Shown: in pieces, positions 28,003-38,242 of the stretch
Position numbering within the stretch: position 1 is the first letter of the stretch
Layout: each line of letters starts with the position of its first letter
Source: Azolla caroliniana
Taxonomy: Eukaryota > Plantae > Polypodiophyta
NCBI GenBank assembly: GCA_043228905.1
Contig: JBHGNT010000012.1
Span: 7,130,001-7,194,000 of the forward strand
Length of the DNA stretch: 64,000 nt
Reading direction: 5' to 3'
Notes under the pieces: model-generated
Seen by the model: the letters and a program-made list of their open reading frames with translations, nothing else
Databases searched by the model: none
Told to the model about the DNA's origin: nothing
Program-made: the position numbers and the translations under genes

Positions 28003-29511
28003 ATGGAGAATCAACAAGAGGCGATGAGCATAACAATGGTGATGATGTTCGAGCGGATGCTACAAGAACAACGAGCAATGTCGGAGATCACGACGGCAGT
28101 AAAGCGGCTCGTACAACGAAATGGACAATTCAACGGAAACGATGTGTCACACTATCTACGTGACTACAAGGCGGAGATGATACGATGTGGGATACCGGAA
28201 GGATTGCAAGTGACATCCTTCAATCGGGTGGCCACAGATGAGCTACAAGAGAGAATCCACAAGATACGGCAACAAAACTCGACATGGGGGTCATTCGAAG
28301 AAGCTTTACGAGAGGCATATGATTACAAGAGATCAAAGGGACAAGATCGGCGAAAATTCGACGAATGGGTGGCATCGGAGAAGACCCACCGAAGTGCAAC
28401 ACAAGCATTCCTAGAGTTCGAGCATCGTTTTGCTCGACTCTCGGAGCGGGAACAACGATTGGTGGGGGAGGATAAAGTCCTAATGTTCGTAAAATCGATC
28501 GATCGAAAAGAAAGGATGGACATCGGGATCGAACTCGAAGATGATGACAGTGCGAACGGTCTTACCGAGGATTGGGCCAAAGTCGAAAGGGTATGCCAGA
28601 GACATGATGAGAGGAAGATGAGAATCTTGTCAACGACATGGCCGATGAAGGATGGTCGATTGAAGACAAACGATGGAACCGATATGAAGGCCGAAATACA
28701 ACATGATGGTGCGACGGAAGAGGGTGTAAAACAAGCTACCCTCTTGTCTTGCGAAAGAACGACGGCGAAGGATAAGGCCGATAACCCAAGTGTAGAAGAA
28801 GATTTCGGAATACAAGTGTCCGAAACATCAGGTGAAAAAGGGGTAAGCATAATTGATGTTTCCATAATTGATGCAGTGAAAGAGAGCAAGGAGGACTTGA
28901 TTGAGGAGGTCACCAAGAAAGATGACATCGAATCGAAGGTGGCTATGGACGAATCAATGGCGGATGGCCATATCGAGACTTCCCCACCACTGATTCCAGA
29001 GATTCCGGCGGTTGCGTTCGAAAGGCAACATGAGACCGAAGAGACGGAAGGTGGTGGAGAGAAAACAAAGGTCGAAGCCGATTCATACGACGGAGAGATA
29101 GCCGAGAAGGAGGCTATGGGTGAAACAATGGAGGATGATAATACCGAGGATTCCTACCCACTAATTCTAGAGACTTCGGCGGTTGTATTCAAGAACCAAC
29201 GTGAGACCGGAGAGACAGGAGGTGGCAGCAAGAAAGGTAAAGTCGGAAGCCGGTTTGGATGGAAGGTGATCCGGACAGGATTCCGATCCGAAAGAAAGCC
29301 GAACCGGGTAAAAGAGAATTCGGCCGAAAGACGAACCGAAAGAAAGCCGAACCGAAAGGAAGAGAGTTCGACCGAAAGACGACACAAACGAAAGCCGAGC
29401 CGAAAAGGGGTCAACTCGGTCAAAACCGATCGATCGAGTCTGACTTGGCCGAACGCGAATATGAATCCGATCGGAAGCCGATCAAACCGAAAGTCGATCG
29501 GACGAGAGTGA
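28003..29511 (+). CDS. Gag(capsid)-like protein with an acidic/basic repetitive C-terminal tail, 502 aa
   Basis: ATG 17 nt after the PBS; capsid-like pattern FNGNDVSHYLRDYKAEM...WGSFEEALREAY; homologous N-terminus at 57597 (-); open frame. Confidence 0.75.
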   Translation: MENQQEAMSITMVMMFERMLQEQRAMSEITTAVKRLVQRNGQFNGNDVSHYLRDYKAEMIRCGIPEGLQVTSFNRVATDELQERIHKIRQQNSTWGSFEEALREAYDYKRSKGQDRRKFDEWVASEKTHRSATQAFLEFEHRFARLSEREQRLVGEDKVLMFVKSIDRKERMDIGIELEDDDSANGLTEDWAKVERVCQRHDERKMRILSTTWPMKDGRLKTNDGTDMKAEIQHDGATEEGVKQATLLSCERTTAKDKADNPSVEEDFGIQVSETSGEKGVSIIDVSIIDAVKESKEDLIEEVTKKDDIESKVAMDESMADGHIETSPPLIPEIPAVAFERQHETEETEGGGEKTKVEADSYDGEIAEKEAMGETMEDDNTEDSYPLILETSAVVFKNQRETGETGGGSKKGKVGSRFGWKVIRTGFRSERKPNRVKENSAERRTERKPNRKEESSTERRHKRKPSRKGVNSVKTDRSSLTWPNANMNPIGSRSNRKSIGRE

Positions 29512-32301
29512 TCCGGAAAAGAGTCAAGGTTGATGAAGACAAGAAAGAGGCTAGTAAAAGACACTACCACGAATGACAAGGGCCAAGAATATGACGAGAG
29601 AGAACATAGAATATGGTGGATCGGATGGCGACAATGGTTCGGGTGGAAAGAATGGGTCTACTCAAAATGGAGAGACAAAGTTGACATAGCGGGACAAACG
29701 GAGGATGAAGGGGAGACAGCGAGCATCGGCAACTTCGGCACATACCGGAGGATGTGCGGGTTCGGAGGGGGCGAGTGTCGTAGTGTATTTCGTACACTAC
29801 GTGAAAAAGTAAAAATAATATAACCGATTTAATTACATATAAATAAATAAAATAAGAATATTAAGATATTTATCACCAATAAATAAAATAAGAATATCAA
29901 GATATTTATCACGTGCATAGGGCAAGATTTGAACCTTGCACCTCCACGTAGATAAACCTCAACTTTACCATTATGCTACCTTATCTTTAGTGTTTTACAA
30001 ATAGATTTAATAACTATAAGTCCTTTATTTGCGCCTACCTTTATTAAAAGGTAAATCATGCATTTTTAGAGTGCGTGAATATTTTATAGAAAAACGCATA
30101 ACAAAAGAAAAAGCTACACATACACATCTAGCGTGCATGATAAAAAACGCACAAGTTAGAAAAAGCATGATCACTTTAGATAAAGCATATAGTCTATCTA
30201 TAGGAAAAGCATGGGGTCTATAGTTAGAGAAAAAGCATGGATTACTAAGACTTCCTCATCACTACATAAGGATGGGGAGCACAATGTAATAGGTGTGTGA
30301 AATATTTGGAAATTGGATATATTTCCGAAAACACCAACCGATTAATATAATCGTGGGATTCACGAAAATAATATAATCTATACTTGTGGGATTCACAAGT
30401 TTCTTATATCTTTCTTTCAATCTAAATACATATTCTTATCTAAATATTGATTAATCGAATACAATACACTCGTGGGATTCACGAAATTTCTATCTCTCTT
30501 TCTAATAATCTATCCATTACTAGCCTCATCTCATATTCTTCTTTCTCCTAGTCCAAAACCCCAGTGGTTCCCACCCGACTCACGCAAACGATCCGGAGCG
30601 TCAACATCGCAACAACAGAAGAGCTTATAAGGGCCACATGAGCAGACAAGTCGACCGGAAGGGTCGAAGCATGCAGAGTCAAACAGGCCGTGGAGTGCGA
30701 GCGAGGCGTGAAGCCAGGAGGAACCGGAGCTGTGAGCCCGAAGATCCCGAAGAGCCTCAAGTTGAGCTTGAGGGGGAGTGTTGAGAGACAAGCTCAACAT
30801 CGGCCGGATCGGCTGAAGAAGCCGAGGACCGGATCGGTTAGGCCGAATGTGTAAACCGGTACGCAGACCGGTGCGTAGGTAGGGCCGGATCGGTGCGTAA
30901 ACCGGGAGGCCGTTAGGAAAGATATTCCGTGAGGAATATATTTGGGAGTTAGTGTAGGAGCTCTTGATGAGTATTGACGTACTGTCAGTACTTCGGTTAG
31001 TCCTTCTAGGACTTGTATAAAAGTGTTCATTGAACACACATATGTATAGAGCATGGTGAATAGAGATTGAGTATTGTTGTTGAATATAGTTCTTGTGTTT
31101 TCTCTCACTCTCTCTATCTCTCCCGTGTATACTACGTAAGCTCATGCTCTCCATTAAACCTGAGTTTTTTTTCCTCCTGTTCGGTCTTCACACTTGCTTC
31201 CGCACGTTACTTTTCACACGGTCTAACCGGCGAAGGCGAATTATCGGTGTTGGGCCCTAATTCGGCAGTCTGTTGTCGATGGTTCTTCTCATAAGCATCA
31301 AGCCGGACCATCGGGTCGATTTCATGGGCATCATATTCCTCCATTAACCGTACCACCTCCTCCTTGTGACTAGTAGCAAGCTCATACAAATCGCAGGCCA
31401 GGTCTTCTTGGACGGTAGTAATAGCTTCGTTGTCCAATTTGAAGAAACCAATGCCCTATTTCTTCTGATTTTCCATGTTGGCCCCTAACAGTTGGAGTTC
31501 GACAGCCTATGCTGACCATGTCTACGATCCTTTGTCCAAGGATTTGGCAACCAGTTCCCATGTTCAACACTTCTGTGCGCTCAGGATTTGGTTTACCTTT
31601 TCCTCGCCCATATTGACCTTGTATTGCATGGTGGCGAGTTCCCTCCTCATCTTTGCCAAGCAAGCCTTAGCTCATCCGTTGTCGAACATGAGTTTCGCTT
31701 TGGCCACTAATAGGGCCAAGCATCTCTCCTCGTATTTGGTAGGCTTGAGCTTATTGTGTTCCCAGAGCAGTTCGTCTTTCTCGTATTGGAGCTGGGCTTT
31801 GTGTTACTCGTATTCTGTATGGCTCTCTGTCTTTTCGAGTACCATCTCAACCACCTTGTCTGTATAATGTTTCTCTTGCATCTGAACATATAATTCTAAT
31901 TCTTCGACTTTTTCTTGCACTGCCCACGCTTCCTGCTGCTTCTGCCATTTGACCATTTGTTTTAACTCTTGAATGACATTGTTTTTCTCATCCAACAGCT
32001 CTCCAGACTCCAATTTTGGTCTTGGCCAGTTCTATGTGTTCCTCCAACTTTTTTTACTTTGTCCTTTGCTTTGGTCGCTCGGTCATTCGCCTCTTCGACC
32101 TGTATTTCTGTCGCCCGCGTTTCCTACTTCTGGCATTTGACCATTTGTTTTAATTAACTCTTGAATGACATTGTTCTTTTCATCGAGCGGCTCTCCAATT
32201 TTGCTCTTGGCCAGTTTTGTGCGTTCCAAGCCATTATTTACGAAAAGAAGAAGAGAGAATGAGGGGTATTTTGGGGATTTCATTTAAATCTTGCTTTAAT
32301 T

Positions 32302-32303
<2 letters not shown>

Positions 32304-32379
<76 letters not shown>
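32304..32379. repeat. (GA)n microsatellite between two copies of a ~33-bp direct repeat
   Basis: gaggggtattttgg..atttcatttaaatcttg occurs at ~32261 and ~32378. Confidence 0.85.
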
Positions 32380-32385
<6 letters not shown>

Positions 32386-32565
32386 TTTTGGAAATTTCAT
32401 TTAAATCTTGTTTTCATTCCTGCGAGGAGTCGCGCCTCATGACTCACAGACACACACACACACAGACAGAGAGAAGACGAAGAAGACGAAGAAGACGAAG
32501 ATGGAGGAGGAAGAAGACAGAAGAGAGAGAGACAGGAGTGGGAGAACAGACACGAGCTTGCTTCC

Positions 32566-34152
32566 ATGGACATCTCCAGGGACAGGATGGCCAAGTCCAT
32601 CAAGAAAGAACTCATGGCCATCATGATGAGGACTTCCGCGCCTGCTCCTGCTCCGCGTGGGTGTAACAGGCAGGGATTCGTTGGAAGACCATCAGGCGCG
32701 GAGGAATTAGGGTTAGCGACGGATGCGAATGGTGCAGAGCGGCGTGGTAAGATGCTGAGACACCGTGGGAATGGGGCCTGCTCTTGGAGCAGCAGCAGAT
32801 GCAGTAGGGGCAGCCGCAGCGTTAGATCCTCGCGTGATAGCAGTGGTAGTTATGGCTATGGCTATGGTGATGGCGATGGCGGAGGAAGTCTGGTGGAGGA
32901 CATAAATCAGAAATTGTGGCAGCAGCAGAAGCATCCTCTGAGCGTCTTTTGCAGCGCCTGCTCCTCCATCCCCGCTGCTGCTGCTGCTCGTCTGCCAGCC
33001 AAATCCAAGTGTAATCATCCTCCTCATCAAAGAAATCATGGCAATACCATCTGTCTGCACAACTCCATGGCCAAGAAAGCAGTCATGGTAGGGGGAAGCC
33101 CTGAGGAGCCCGAGGCGGAGGATATCGCTGGCCTACCTCTTCAATTCCACCATAATAGCTACCACAATTCCAATTCCATCCAGCACCCCAGGATTCCTGT
33201 CCACTGCAGCTCGCACAATTGTAAGCGTAATGGTAACATTCGCAATGGAGGATTTCTCTGCAGGCAGCGGCGTTCGATCAATGGAGGATATTCATCAGAG
33301 CGGAACCATGTCACTGTTACGGAAGATCTCCCCTCCTCCTGCTCCTCATCTTTAGCTTCTCTGCATCGCCTGTCATTATCCATGAAGAAAGCGGAGACAT
33401 ATATCCGATGGATTCGGAACAATCCCTCCTTTCAAGATCGTCTGCAGATGCGCGATACCATCAAGAAAACGGAAGAAGATGGAGTAATCCGGCACATCCA
33501 AGTCCATCAGGAGAACTGCAGTGATTACGGGAGCAAGAAATCTGCGACGATCAATCCCGTTATTAGCAAAGATATCGCTCAGATCCTATTGAAGGAGAGG
33601 GGGATAAGCGATGACGATCATAAGAGGAGATCAAACATGATGACGATTAAGGAATCGAAACACGAGGTAGGAGTTAACGATCCTGACAAGATTAGCAGAT
33701 CTAATCATAATCACAGTACGAGATACGTCGGAGATCAGGGACCTTACAAAGAGAACGGCAATGTGGATCAGAATAAGCTATGCAGTCAATCTGAGCAAAC
33801 TGTTGAGATCACAGAAGTGCCGCAGAATCAGAAGCAGATGCCATCGTCCGAAAGGGCTGGAGATCATACCAGGAAATCTGCAGGAAATATCAAGTACGAG
33901 GTGATTGTGGAGGATGCAGACGATGGATGCAGAGGCGATCCTGACTACAGTAAGAGAAGGTTACCCTGCAGAGCAGTGATTAACATGGATTCAAACGAAA
34001 GAATTAAGAAGCAGATTCAGCAGAAGCAGATTCAGCAGAGGAAGGATTCAGAGAGTTTCCTGAAACGTGTTGAGGAATCCTGCAGAGTCCGCATGGAATG
34101 TGCTTCGGATCCTCAGCCCCACTACCAGAGTCCCATCATCGATGAGCGTTGA
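32566..34152 (+). CDS. Intronless 528-aa low-complexity protein of unknown function
   Basis: 1.59-kb open frame in a TE-dense region, preceded by a GA/GAA-rich leader; no domain recognised. Confidence 0.55.
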   Translation: MDISRDRMAKSIKKELMAIMMRTSAPAPAPRGCNRQGFVGRPSGAEELGLATDANGAERRGKMLRHRGNGACSWSSSRCSRGSRSVRSSRDSSGSYGYGYGDGDGGGSLVEDINQKLWQQQKHPLSVFCSACSSIPAAAAARLPAKSKCNHPPHQRNHGNTICLHNSMAKKAVMVGGSPEEPEAEDIAGLPLQFHHNSYHNSNSIQHPRIPVHCSSHNCKRNGNIRNGGFLCRQRRSINGGYSSERNHVTVTEDLPSSCSSSLASLHRLSLSMKKAETYIRWIRNNPSFQDRLQMRDTIKKTEEDGVIRHIQVHQENCSDYGSKKSATINPVISKDIAQILLKERGISDDDHKRRSNMMTIKESKHEVGVNDPDKISRSNHNHSTRYVGDQGPYKENGNVDQNKLCSQSEQTVEITEVPQNQKQMPSSERAGDHTRKSAGNIKYEVIVEDADDGCRGDPDYSKRRLPCRAVINMDSNERIKKQIQQKQIQQRKDSESFLKRVEESCRVRMECASDPQPHYQSPIIDER

Positions 34153-36238
34153 CTTTCCTGGTTTGACTTGACTTGACTTGACTTGACTTCTGGCCTCTGA
34201 CCAAAGTATTAGAGTCTATTTCGACGATATTTTTTTTGTGTGTATGTGTTTTTTATTTCTTACCATTTTGGGAAACTTTCCCAGTGTTGAGAGAGCAAAG
34301 GCAGTCCAAATTTGGGTAATCTGGTTTCCAAAGAAGTGTCGACCACATACAGTATATACATACATATTTCAAGGGGTCTCTTCCTCTTTGAACAAGCACA
34401 CACACACACAAAAAAAACTATTACATGTTATTTGGGGAGAAAAAAATAAATTTGAAGGATTTGTTTGCTTAGGAACTCTCCATCTATCCATTAATTTTTC
34501 TACATCCTACTATTTAAGTAGTGTCAAATGTTCACGACGACCAGTGTTGGGCAAAGTTTTTAACCCCTACCGGAAATTTTCCTCCTGCTTATGACCTTAA
34601 CCGGAAATTAAATTTTTTACCCGGCCACTTTCCTACGAGTGATAATGTCAACTGTAACATGTTAGAATTTGTTTTTTAACCACATACCAAAAAACGATTT
34701 AGCACAAGATGAGGTAGCAACATAGATATAGTACATTTTATGGAGTAATTGGTTTGGAGTTTGTGGAGTCGGCCCTCTAGAAATGGTACTTGCCATTTCG
34801 CTCATGAGTTAGTTAACAATGAAAAAATAAGTGACCTCACCCTATAAGAAAGAAAATTATAGAAAATTGAAAGTAGCTCAAGAATTAACATTGCACTACA
34901 AGTAATCTATATCACTAACCTATGAATGATTAGTAGTAGAAAAATCTATAAAATGGCACCTAATCATGATTTGAGATTACATTATTAGTCATTGTTTAAA
35001 CATAAAATCTATATGCCACATAACCATAGTTTGGGAAGATGGAATATGAATCAAAGACTTGTGAGTCAATTCATGCTCTTTTGTTCTCAAATTATTAATC
35101 TTGGTTTGAGACCCAATTTTGATCAGATCTCCAAGTCTATGTTGGGCATAATTGTGATCATAGTTATGTATTTTGTAAAACCAATCACATAACTGTAATT
35201 GGTGTTGTGATTAGTCATTGTTCGGTTCATCGAAAGGGACACACTAATAACTTGGGTCCACGAAAAATCAGGAAGCATACAAGAGTCGATTAATTAGAAT
35301 CGAATCACTTCCTATGGGAAATGGCATGATTCTTGGCTCCACACATATTGTTGATCATGTTGTCACAGTAGATCAGGATCGAAGTCTTTACTTCGTTCCA
35401 AGGGTCTTGCAACAGCTGCCAAAGCCAAATGGCTTCATAGGTGGTGATGGTAGTGCTCCGATACTTAGCCTTAGTGCTCAATATAACAATCAACATCGGT
35501 GTAACTGACTAGCTTTTCACTTATACCCTGTTGATATAACAATCCCCGATCCTTAGTGGCATTGACATACCTGAGTATTCGGTGCGCGCACTAAAGGTGC
35601 TCCATGGTCGGCTTCTGCATAAATTGACTTATCATCCTAATACGCTATCTTCGAGTTCCAAGCACGGGGGGCTTGCTTCAGGCCGTAAAACAACTTCTTG
35701 AGTTGGCACACTGCCGACTTGTTCATCTCTGACTAAAATCCGAGGGGCTAGATCATATAGACTTGTTCTTCAAGATCACCTTGAAGAAACACATTATTCA
35801 CGTCCATTTGGTAAAGATGCCACCCCCTTGCTGCAACAACTGGTAGCACCGCACGAACTGTCGTCATCTTCGCTACCGGAGCGAAGGTCTTGTTGTAGTT
35901 GATTCCGTGAGTCCGTGCATATCCTTTCGCCACTAGTCGGGCCTTGTACCAGTTGACCGAACCGTCGACGTTGTACTTCACCTTGTATACCCACTTGAAG
36001 CCGATCAATTTACAATGTCAGGGAGGGTCAACCAGGTCCCACGTGTCATTGGCATCGAGTGCCCGCATTTCTTCCTCCATTGCAGCATGCCAATGCACAT
36101 CTTTCACTGCTTCTGCGTAGCTCTCTGACTCATGCACTTCTGCCACTTTCATCATGTACGCACAATGATGCGCCATGTACTCATTATAATTGTATCACAT
36201 GACGAGGTTCTTCTGGCGGGTGGAGCAACGTAACTTCT

Positions 36239-36875
36239 TGTTACGGGCATGACCATATAATATCCCGTGGTGAGAATTTACTGTAGTATTCTATACACGT
36301 GGATAAGTGTGAGGGTTAAACGAGAGTGTAAAGAAGGGGAGGATTACTTTTAAATCCTCGGGATTGAGACAACCCATTAGGCCAAGTGTGAACTTGCCTG
36401 GGGGCCTTGGGTATCGCTATAAATAAGAGGCCTAACTACTCTCATTTCATTATCTTGTTGACTAAGTTGAGACTCTGTCTTGTGGTGGGTCAACTTTTGC
36501 AGCGAGCGCGCCAGCACCAGGTACGACTTGACGCCACGGTGGTGGTATGGGACCCCGATCGAGGCTCGAGTCCGTCTCGATCCCTTCACTCGGGGGTGGT
36601 CAGGTGGATCGGCACCCTTCTTTCTCTCTCTCCTTTCTATCTATTTATCTATTTTCAATCCTTATCTCATGCCTACATTAGTCCATGTCTCTAATAGTTG
36701 GTATCAGAGCTCATTTTCTAATGTTTCTTTTGTTGTGTTTTGTGTTTTTGATTGATGGCGATTGATCTACGTGCGGTCGGCCTTCATGCAGACAAGGATC
36801 AACAAAGGAACTTCGGTAATCTTTCTTGTATTTTCTATCCTTATCTAATGCTTACATTAGTCTATGTCTCTAATA
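36239..36875 (+). mobile_element. Internally deleted Met-primed LTR element (LTR + PBS + short leader + end of 3' LTR)
   Basis: TSD CTTCT both sides; LTR 36239-36696; PBS TGGTATCAGAGC 36699-36710; 36829-36875 repeats the LTR 3' end. Confidence 0.85.
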
Positions 36876-37776
36876 CTTCTCATTAGAAGATTTAAGGGCC
36901 CTCTTGGCTGATTCGGACTTCGTCTTTGAAGGTCCGTCTTCGTTCTTTCCCGCGTCAGATTCGCTCCAATCTAACTCGTCTCTACTGATGTCGTATTCCG
37001 ACATCTTCTTTTTCCCTTTCTCTTTGCGCGTGTACCATCTCCTCGGTTATAACACGACCGAGTCTCCACTAATCGTCGACCCTTCATCAAATTGGTCATT
37101 CCAACTCAATTGCCAATTGGCCTGCTGAATCGAAATGAGATCAAGTTCTCATCTAGAGTAGCAAACTCTTCTTCATCTTCTGGCCAGATTGTTTTGGGCT
37201 CACTGGCCTCATCTTCCGAAATCGAGTGGTCGGAGTAGTCGGGGGTCATAGCCAAAGTCGGTAAGGAGTACCATGATGGTGACTCATCAAACTCGACACC
37301 TCAACTTACTTGAACTTCCTTTGTGTGGGGATTATAACATTTATACCCTTTCTGTTCATGTGAGTAGCCGACCAGAATGCATTTCTCCGACTTTGGGTCC
37401 AGCTTCCTCCGCTTTCTCATTCGGTATATGCATATAGGTTATGCTACCGAATACCCTAAGGTGTCTTAAATTCGGCTTCCGCTCGAAATACAACTCGTGT
37501 GTTGAAACCTTATCCCTGATCCGATTCTAGATGTAGATGGTCGTCCGGACCGCTTCAGCCCAATAGATCTTGGGCATGCTCTTCTCTTCCAGCATCACCC
37601 GTGTCGCTTAGACAATTGACCGGTTCTTCCTCTCAGCTACGTTGTTTTGCTCTGGCGTATATCAGCAGCTGAATTATCTCCGAATTCCCTTCTGCTGCAA
37701 ATAATTGTTGAAGACCGCAAGCACTTGATCTTCCTCTCCGATTCCCGTTCAACAAGACTTTGCAGGTTCCAAAAAC

Positions 37777-38242
37777 TGTCACGAACGGGTGGAATGAGGC
37801 TAAGTACTAAGAGAGAGCGAGAGCATAAGCAAGATCACAAGATTGTCAAGGACAAGTAGACGAGGCTCAATATTAAGAGATAGTAGGAGAGAGAGCATAG
37901 ACAAGAGAACAAGCAAGAGAGCGGATAGACAAATAAACAAGAATTGTATATGCTTTCGTAACTGGTGTTGTTCACCTTGATTGTAATCAAGGTGCACCCC
38001 AGTATTTATACAAGAATGTGGAGGTATGCATGAAAGCTAGAAGACTTCTAGAGAGTGCATGAAGATGCATTCTCTAGAAGGTTCTTGAAAGTTCTAGTGA
38101 TCAATCTATAATGCAATAAGTTGAATCTTACATAATACAATAATGCATAGATGGATGTAGCTCAATTGGTAAGGTTGCCCAATAAGACCAGAAGGTCATG
38201 GGTTCAACCCCCACCATTCCATGTGGCATCCTGTCTATGACA
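37777..38242 (-). mobile_element. Solo LTR of another family, in the copia integrase region
   Basis: TGTCAC...ATGACA; 5-bp TSD AAAAC/GAAAC; minus-strand TATAAATA near 38003-38010; host frame resumes across it. Confidence 0.8.
38153..38220 (+). ncRNA. tRNA-like A-box/B-box cassette inside the solo LTR
   Basis: ggatgTAGCTCAATTGGTAagg...atggGTTCAACCcccac; T-arm pairing kept, anticodon arm degenerate. Confidence 0.6.

Larger units (their letters stand above)
27127..30599 (+). mobile_element. Young non-autonomous Gag-only (TR-GAG-like) LTR element primed by tRNA-Trp (copy B)
   Basis: LTRs 27127-27964 and 29776-30599 appear identical apart from a 14-nt loss at the 3' end; PBS 27969-27986; PPT GGAGGGGGCGAG 29764-29775; target GCGT; no PR/RT/RH/INT motifs. 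Confidence 0.93.
21332..31218 (+). mobile_element. Full-length but inactivated Ty1/copia LTR retrotransposon with two nested insertions
   Basis: LTRs 21332-21770 and 30779-31218 (TG..CA; ~10 substitutions plus 1 indel by eye); TSD CGGTC both sides; PBS TGGTATCAGAGC (tRNA-iMet) 21771-21782; PPT 30770-30778; order gag-PR-INT-RT-RH. Confidence 0.97.
20450..32250 (-). mobile_element. Old degraded element with acidic/coiled-coil ORF remnants, split by the 21332-31218 copia
   Basis: Remnants at 21047-21256 and 31224-32250 flank the CGGTC TSD; LTR-like AT-rich segment ending ...tttgaca near 21015. Confidence 0.4.
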
